A stretch of DNA of 64,000 nt from Macrostomum lignano (Eukaryota): assembly GCA_002269645.1 (NCBI GenBank), contig NIVC01001013.1, forward strand, positions 56,764-120,763, written 5' to 3'. The position numbers and the translations under genes were made by a program. Within the stretch, counting starts at the first letter, position 1. Every line of letters begins with the position of its first letter. The notes beneath the pieces were generated by a model. The model saw nothing but the letters and a program-made list of their open reading frames with translations. It ran no database searches and had not been told where the DNA came from. Shown piece by piece: positions 59,467 through 64,000 of this stretch.

Positions 59467-61139
59467 TTATATAATTAGCTAATAAGGACTGGACTGTTTA
59501 GTTGAGCAGTTTTGGCCCGATATGGACTTGGCTGAAGAATGTGCATTAATTTTAAGGTCAGATTTTATAGTTATTAGTAACTAAGTAACTATTTCCTATC
59601 TGTTGCTCCTGGTCCTGACTTCTTTTCCTCAAAAGCTCAGCTAGTAAGCCATAAAACCACCCTTAGCCCCTTAATTTTTTTCCCTACATTAAGATCAGCT
59701 CCAAGCAGTTTGCGCTTCTGGCATTAGCCTGTAGCAGCACTCCGACCTATCCAACAACAGGGCAATACAATGTCCACAAGTTTGCTTTGTTAGTGTGCAG
59801 CTACTAAGTACATGACTTAAGAGAAACTCAAATAGGGTAACCTTGAAATTTGTGAATACACAGATTAAATTCTACACTCCTTTAGAATTTTGTTATCCGC
59901 TAGGATATCCTTTACTACACACTTGAGTTAAGCGCAAGTATAGCTACAGGCTTGTAGCATAAAACTGTGTGTACAAGGCATGTTATATATGCTTTATATA
60001 CATTGTATTGTAGTTTAAGGGCCCCATAAATATATTGAATATTGTCCATAGAACTTCTCTCCTATATATAAAATTACACCAAGGACATAAATTTAAATAT
60101 ATTTGATCTTGTTATAGACTTGTGAATATTGTATTCAAATTAGAATTATAGGCAAAATTACCTTAGAATAGGTTTAAGACAACCTAAAATGTCATATTAT
60201 GATAATAGAACATGAACTATGCTATACCTACTCTATAACACATAATTGCAATAAGAATGGCATATTATTATTCAATTTAAAAACTTTGAAGAGATTGCAT
60301 AAGGGAAAACTTATTAAAATGATACAATGGTTTAATATCTATTCCTAAATATTTTTCTTTTTATCTAAATTTATATGCTGCTATCGTAAAGTTATTCTAT
60401 TTACAACTAAATTGTCTATGCTTAGCTTAATAACTTTTGTTGACCTATGTAGATCAAGGATAAGTCTAAGCACTACTTATTGATAAAATGCTTAAAGGTC
60501 TTTTTTGTTATTTAGTAAACAATCATGCTTTTGAATTTAGACTTATCTTATATACTTAGACTTGCTTTAATATGCTATCTTTTTTGGCTCTATACAGTTT
60601 TTGGCACCTTCCAAAATGTATATTATATTGTGTTTTGTAGTTTCTTTCATTTAATTTAGAGTATATACTTTAACTATTTTTGTAATAATCTTGTCTTTTT
60701 TAATAAATTGATGCATATTATTGTTACAATAATATTTTACTATAAATATTAATGTGACTATTAATAATATGACTATTAATACTGTTAACATATTATTTAT
60801 TAATATAAATATATTAGCTATATATTATAGCTACTTAATTTATGAAGTTTATATATATTGCAAATATATGTAAACTATATATACTATATATATATAAACT
60901 ATATGTTTATATATATAAACTCGCATCTACTATATATATATAGCTAGAAAAAATACTAATAATAACAATTACTTTTTTGGTGCCATCACAAACAAGCCAG
61001 AAGAGGTCTAGCCAAGATGTATTTGCCACTTAAAAAATAAGGCTAGATGGTAAGCCTAAAGTAAAAAGACAAAAAAAGACTATACCAAAAGAATAAACTA
61101 GGCCATAAGGCTATTTGGCTTTGCCAAGGACACATACTA

Positions 61140-62040
61140 ATGTATACATTTCTTAAAATCTATCAACCAGCCAGACCTATAACCAGACCTATAACATCCA
61201 AAGATGAACCACCATCCAAGAAAAGGCGAGTTACTTGCAATGTCCATTACTGCTTGAATTGCCTCAGGGCTGGAAAGGTCATTGTGCAATGCCAATTATA
61301 CCAAGGGAACGAGTTGTCGAGGAAACGGCACATTGCAAACCATCATGCAGATGCCAAGGGCACTGTTCTGTAGTGCCCAGAGTTTGCCTCGCAAGACAGT
61401 CTGCTGGTGCAGCAGCTGCTGTGGTCCAGGACAGATGACATAGTACAGGAAGAAGCAGCTTCCAAAGTGACTAAAAGTAATGCACCTGACAACACTGGAG
61501 AGTCAGAGCTGGTGACATTAGAAATCATATGTCTGCAGCTGATGTACGAGAATCGACACATGACTTTGGAATAGGACGCATGCACTTCCCATTGGAAGTT
61601 TCCTGCATGAGGATCTGGAATTGAGGGTGTTAATGAGTGGGAGTCTTCAACTACCAGCCTATCAGCGATGATGAAGTTGCTAGCTATGCAGAATGAGCAA
61701 CTGGCAAAGCACTCGCAGCAGATTGCCAATCTGAGTGATTTTATTGCAAAGCAGTCGCAGCAAATTGCTAATCTTAGCACTACATTGGCAAAGCTGTCAG
61801 CTCAGGGGCTTTTGGCCATAGAATCTGTTCCTACGCCAGCAGTTGCTTGAGCCTCAGTGCTGTCTACTGAGAAGTACGCTTGCTTGGCTGATCTTCTCAA
61901 GCACCATTATGTTAGTGTATGTCCAGTGGGAGAAGACTATATCGTTTACTGTGTGCCATGTTTCCAGTCGGCCCTCAAGTTGCACAATGTCTCTGAAACA
62001 ATGTAGGATTGACATTCAGTTTTGAGTGCACACGAGTGCC
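61140..62040 (+). pseudogene. Decayed ORF with BED-like and CxxC zinc-finger motifs; probable transposon-derived 5' part
   Basis: One frame is readable through several TAG/TGA stops: HYCLNC...RKRHIANHH, then a coiled-coil (QNEQLAKHSQQIANLS duplicated), then YCVPC. Confidence 0.45.
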
Positions 62041-62399
62041 ATAGACATTTATGCACGATAAAACTGAATGTTAGACACATTGTACGAACGCAAAATTATT
62101 CTCTCTCGTGGCCATAGACATCCGTTATCTGCACACTTTTTGGGTATCAGCGATAGACATATATCTATATAACTTTAAGAGCGTTTGAAGTTTAAGTGCC
62201 CAGAAATCAGGCGATCTATAACTTGACCATGGAGCCACTGGCTAAGCATGTCTACTATGTAGATGACAAGAAACTGCCAGGAGAAGCCATTTCTGGAATG
62301 TCATAATCAAAGATTGATATTCTCCTTCAACAGCAAACTGAGGAGCAGTTTTTGGAAAAGCAAATAGACGAGCGTCTAGTCTAGCAACTGTCAAATGGA

Positions 62400-62733
62400 G
62401 ATGGCAAGTTTGAGCTGCCGAGGATATTGACCTGGATGGCATGTTTAACTGCGTGCCTAGCGTTAAAGACCCTGAAAAAGCTATCAACAACCTAGAAGAC
62501 AGTGTTGCGAGTAACAATACCAGATGACAGACGGATCAATACGTCAAAAGGCTGTTGGCATTCATGCAATCGAATCCATCATTAAAAATTGACCTGCTGA
62601 TGGCTGAGCCGGAGGATGTCAACTGTGTGCTGCGAGTGTTCTACGGCATGGCTTGTAAGCCTGACGGCAGATTTTATTCACCAACATTGCTAATCTGCAT
62701 TTGTGCAGCCTTGACACTCAACTTTCATGGAAA
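62400..62733 (+). pseudogene. Crypton/DUF3504-like (tyrosine-recombinase-derived, ZMYM/KCTD1-type) N-terminal fragment
   Basis: NNTR*QTDQYVKRLLAFM...DLL..EPEDVNCVLRVFYGMACKPDGRFYSPTLLICICAAL resembles the NT..QT...LN..L..FY...RK.DG..Y.P..L pattern; has an in-frame TGA and ends at a GTGAGT donor. No recombinase core seen. Confidence 0.5.
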
Positions 62734-63187
62734 TGTGAGTATATGCACCTTTTATTTGCCAAAATGACAGTACCTTTTTTATAACTACTTTAAAATGGAC
62801 AATACTGCGAAAGTGACACAGGCCTCTCATAGAGTTCTTTGCAGTTGTTTTGTTAAATTCTTACTTAAAATATAAACACTGACAAACCATATTAAAGTTT
62901 TGCCATAGACATCAATTATCTGCACGCTTTTTTATTATCAGCACGCTTTTTGTATAGACTAACTATATGATTTTAGCATAGACATAGGCATTATCTGCAC
63001 GCTTGAGCATTGTACAATGTCAGTTGAGGGTGTGCATCGGCATATGTAAGTTTGGGACAATAAGGTTTTTGGCCTCCAAGATCTATTTATTATAATTCAT
63101 TTACAGAAACATAATCTATACTTTATTCACAGAAATCCCTCATCTAAAGGATTAATTGGCACAGGCCTATTTGTCAACACAGCAAAG

Positions 63188-63620
63188 ATGGAGAAGCTGC
63201 ATAATGACCACTTAGCCTTCTACAAATTCCACTACAGGATTCTGAGCCACATGTCTGGAGCGAATGGCAGAGATCACCATTTTGCTATTGATCTGCAGAA
63301 TAATGAGGAGAAGCGAAACACTCTAAATCAGACGGTTGTTTGGAATATTATTCGAACTGCAGCTCTACTCATCGAGACGGCGACTGCAGCCATGCATTAC
63401 GAGCTGTTCATCAATCATTTGGAGGCATGTGAAGCCAAAGTTGGAAACATCGGACTCAGATTGTGAGGGTTTTGCTGTTTCTGTTAACTTAGCCTATAAA
63501 CGCTGCTTATTAACTGGCTTTGCATTATTCACCCCATTCCAATTATATAGCCAATTCTTCATGGAAATGTGGCGCCTGCTCGAGGTCTGTGTCGACAGGA
63601 GCACCAGCCAGTTTCTGCGC
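63188..63620 (+). pseudogene. Frameshifted coding-like remnant, possibly continuing the 61140 relic
   Basis: Overlapping ORFs 63188..63466 and 63336..63740 with protein-like composition; no family recognised. Confidence 0.25.
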
Positions 63621-64000
63621 GCACCCCTGCCATCTACGGGTCTCCCGCCGCTCATCTGCCTTACCTGCAACAAAAGCATGCTGTCGCACATCACTAAAAT
63701 TAGTGTCACTAACCAAGCAGTGATAGTGTTGGCCAGGTAGAATTACCTTTAATTAATTACCTTAATTACCTTAATTACCTTACTGAAGACATGATGTCTC
63801 CTAATCCCTACTGCCTTTCAGAATAATTATTTAAAAGCGAAATTCCTGCAATTCACAGGGACCAATCTGGTGAAGCTTTGGCTATCCCAGCTGGCACACC
63901 TCGGATTTACGACAGCAGTATAGACGCAGGAGTGGAAGCCCTAGCCAAATTGCTGTTGGAGATGGTATAAGTATTCGATCCTCCCCTTTGCAGTATCATC

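Overview
Eukaryotic (metazoan) genomic DNA: GC-rich, polyQ/polyA-rich exons separated by AT-rich spacers and minisatellite-filled introns. The style is reminiscent of a macrostomid flatworm, but the taxon is inference only. Host genes: three tandem penta-EF-hand (peflin/ALG-2-like) paralogs, an odd-skipped-family C2H2 gene, an unidentified two-exon polyQ gene, and a same-strand block of GLUT/SLC2A transporter, two Lifeguard/TMBIM paralogs, mitochondrial MDH and ATP synthase subunit c. Mobile DNA: a ~4.7 kb Ingi-type non-LTR retrotransposon (2A-like motif, PHD, PWWP, PHD, partial APE, RT, RNase H, CCHC) that appears inserted into a MULE-like PHD/FLYWCH relic; two ~1.3 kb TIR elements with 8-bp TSDs; several MITEs, one carrying a 28S rRNA helix-69 fragment; a satellite-armed foldback element; a tRNA/CORE SINE; and decayed transposase and Crypton-like fragments. 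About 19 distinct minisatellite arrays are present. Best candidates for novelty: the PHD-PWWP-PHD chromatin-reader cassette on the retrotransposon, the rRNA-carrying MITE whose R2/I-PpoI core is scrambled, CpG plus CpA-to-TpA decay of repeats, and intron-specific minisatellites, including one that multiplies a splice junction. Several single-base frameshifts (e.g. in MDH) may be sequencing errors. All domain calls are by motif recognition; no database searches were run.
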